A stretch of 1,135 nt of DNA, from assembly GCA_000004985.1 (NCBI GenBank), contig GG739536.1; one strand, given 5' to 3'. A model generated the notes under the pieces. It did not search any database. It had not been told where the DNA came from and saw nothing but the letters and a program-made list of their open reading frames with translations. Made by a program: the position numbers and the translations under genes. This document shows, piece by piece, positions 1 to 1,135 of this stretch (the first letter of the stretch is position 1; each line of letters opens with the position of its first letter). The stretch comes from Naegleria gruberi (taxonomy: Eukaryota).

Positions 1-2
1 AA

Positions 3-92
3 TACTCTCAACAACTTATAGAGATAGTGGCATCTATGTGTAAACATGATCCTAATTCAAGAATAACATCAGGAGAGATTATCAGAATTCTC
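3..92 (+). other. Protein kinase catalytic domain, extreme C-terminal portion (subdomain XI-like)
   Basis: Translation YSQQLIEIVASMCKHDPNSRITSGEIIRIL. This matches the conserved end of eukaryotic-type kinase domains: a hydrophobic helix, then C(W/K)..DP..RP(s/t)..ei...L. Only the tail is visible, so the catalytic motifs (VAIK, HRD, DFG, APE) would lie upstream of the window. Confidence 0.55.
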
Positions 93-1133
93 ACACCCTA
101 TGAAGTCAAAATAACAGAATTTGGAAGAGCAAAGAGCTTCTATACAGAAAAAGAATACGAAAAAGCACTGTTGATTTTGAATCAAATTATTGAAAGTGAC
201 CCAACAAAAAGCATTTTTCTCCATCAGAGATACCTCACATTTAAAAAATTAAAGAATTATGAAAAGGCAATTGAAGATTTGAATAGAGCTTTAGAATTGG
301 ATCCCAACAATGCAAGTTATCTGAACAGCTTGGGTGTTTGCTACAAGGAAGGAGGTTGTGTAAAAAAAGATTGGGATAAGGCTATTTCATTATTTGAAAG
401 GTCTCGCAATGGACAAGCATTTTACAATTTAGGAATAATTTACAAAACGCGTTTTTCCAAACAACCAAAGTATAAGAAGAAAGACCCTTTAATCGAAAGA
501 AGAATGAATGAAGCATTCTTATTGGGTGCTGAAAAGGATAACAAGTTATGCCAACAAGAATATGGGCTCCTTTGCTTGAATTGTAACGATTATTTGAAAG
601 CAGTGGAGTGGTTGAAAAAGTCAGACACTCCACTATCCAACACATATTTGGGAAATCTCTATATGAATGGTTCTACAACAGTACAAAAAGATCCAAGAAA
701 AGCCTTTGAATACTATTCAAAATCCAACACCATTTCATATCATGCCTATTGTTACGAAGAAGGTATTGGAACACAAAAAGACCCACAAAAAGCTTTTAAA
801 ATGTATCAAGAAAATGAAAGGTTGATGGATTGTAAACTTGGAATGGGAAGAATGTATTTTAAAGGTTGGGAGGGAACAAACCCAGACTATCAGAAATCAT
901 TCAAGTATTGCACTGAAGTATTCGAATATTGTATAAATACTAAGGACAATCAAGACTTGAAAAACGAAGCAATGTATTACTTGGCAGAAATGTACTATTA
1001 TGGGAAAGGAATACCTGAAGATGAGCTATTGCACCATACTGAAAAGGCTGCTAGTTATTACAATTTATTAGTTTTTGTGAATAAGAATGTCATGTTCAAA
1101 ATTGGAGAAATGATTTATAAGCAATCTAACCCT
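3..1133 (+). CDS. Internal fragment (5' and 3' partial) of a large protein: C-terminal end of a Ser/Thr (TKL/TK-like) protein kinase domain followed by TPR-like and Sel1-like repeats
   Basis: I translated frame 3 by hand (codons starting at nt 3) and found no TAA, TAG or TGA through nt 1133, 377 codons. In ~33% GC DNA stops are expected about every 13-14 codons; under a simple base-composition model the chance of such a run is of order 1e-12 to 1e-13 (own approximate calculation). The translation has coherent protein-like motif structure, described in the sub-features. All other frames contain frequent stops (e.g. frame 1: tag at 19-21 and 25-27, taa at 64-66). The CDS runs off both window edges, so the true start and stop are outside the window. 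Confidence 0.9.
123..314 (+). other. TPR-like helical repeats (about two units) linking the kinase tail to the Sel1-like array
   Basis: Translation GRAKSFYTEKEYEKALLILNQIIESDPTKS / IFLHQRYLTFKKLKNYEKAIEDLNRALELDPNNA. The second unit is 34 residues with the TPR-typical Y, A, L/A positions and the terminal L.DP.N motif (ALELDPNNA). The first unit ends in a similar SDPTKS. Confidence 0.5.
312..1133 (+). other. Array of ~7-8 Sel1-like repeats (SLR; TPR-related), continuing beyond the 3' window edge
   Basis: A recurring ~30-45 aa unit matches the Sel1 consensus a..LG.mY..G.GV.kD..kA..wy.kAA. Examples: SYLNSLGVCYKEGGCVKKDWDKAISLFERS (nt ~315-404); NTYLGNLYMNGSTTVQKDPRKAFEYYSKS (nt ~639-725); HAYCYEEGIGTQKDPQKAFKMYQENER (nt ~741-821); KLGMGRMYFKGWEGTNPDYQKSFKYC (nt ~834-911); AMYYLAEMYYYGKGIPEDELLHHTEKAASYY (nt ~969-1061). 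The unit at nt ~417-548 is atypical, with a basic insertion. The final unit (VMFKIGEMIYKQSNP) is truncated by the window edge. Confidence 0.65.
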
Positions 1134-1135
1134 AG

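Noticed and set aside
1-177. Reading + frame 1 with a ciliate code (TAA/TAG = Gln) to bridge the tag/taa codons at 19-21, 25-27 and 64-66
   Set aside because: Frame 1 still hits TGA at 169-171 and 175-177. Frame 3 is completely open in the standard code and gives a far better protein. No alternative code is needed.
85-304. EcoRI (gaattc, 85-90) and BamHI (ggatcc, 299-304) sites, considered as a hint of cloning-vector junctions
   Set aside because: The reading frame and codon usage continue seamlessly across both sites. Single 6-mers like these are expected by chance.
241-370. A-rich runs (ttaaaaaatt at 241-250, taaaaaaaga at 361-370) as possible poly-A signals or regulatory tracts
   Set aside because: They are in-frame Lys/Lys-Lys codons (KKL, VKKD) inside the CDS. 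This is normal for a lysine-rich protein in AT-rich DNA.
549-584. Cysteine cluster C-x7-C-x2-C (LCQQEYGLLCLNC) as a possible metal-binding site
   Set aside because: There are only three Cys and no fourth ligand or His at a sensible spacing. The residues fall within a predicted helical Sel1-like unit, where they replace the hydrophobic Leu/Gly/Tyr positions. Probably coincidental.
382-645. The only ORF in the supplied track: minus strand, 87 aa (MCWIVECLTF...)
   Set aside because: It lies entirely antisense to a 377-codon stop-free + strand frame with clear protein-family motifs. Its translation is low-complexity (runs of F, S, L) with no recognisable motif. It is the kind of shadow ORF expected opposite a real gene in AT-rich DNA.
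933-940. TATA-box-like tataaata
   Set aside because: It sits in the middle of the uninterrupted coding frame (encodes ..CINT..) with no downstream ORF start it could serve. It is expected by chance in ~33% GC sequence.

Overview
The whole 1135-nt window lies inside one protein-coding gene on the + strand, in frame 3 (codons starting at nt 3). That frame has no stop codon from nt 3 to nt 1133, 377 sense codons, and is cut by both window edges. The supplied ORF track misses it, apparently because it only reports ORFs with a stop inside the window. The one ORF the track does list, minus strand 382..645, is antisense to this reading frame and is almost certainly spurious. The frame-3 translation is a credible protein with three parts. 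The first ~30 residues resemble the C-terminal end of a eukaryotic-type protein kinase catalytic domain (subdomain XI), i.e. a C..DP..R...ei-like motif: LIEIVASMCKHDPNSRITSGEIIRIL. Next comes a short TPR-like helical-repeat segment. The remaining ~270 residues form about 7-8 Sel1-like repeats (LG..Y..G.G..KD..KA...Y pattern). DNA is ~32-33% GC, and codon choice favours A/T-ending codons (TTG/TTA Leu, AGA Arg, GGA Gly, CAA Gln, GAA Glu). No intron, intergenic region, promoter, RNA gene, mobile element or CRISPR array can be supported. Because the window is internal to a single gene, I cannot support any multi-gene 'system' here. The notable content is the kinase plus TPR/Sel1-repeat fusion architecture and the fact that the ORF track misses the real gene.
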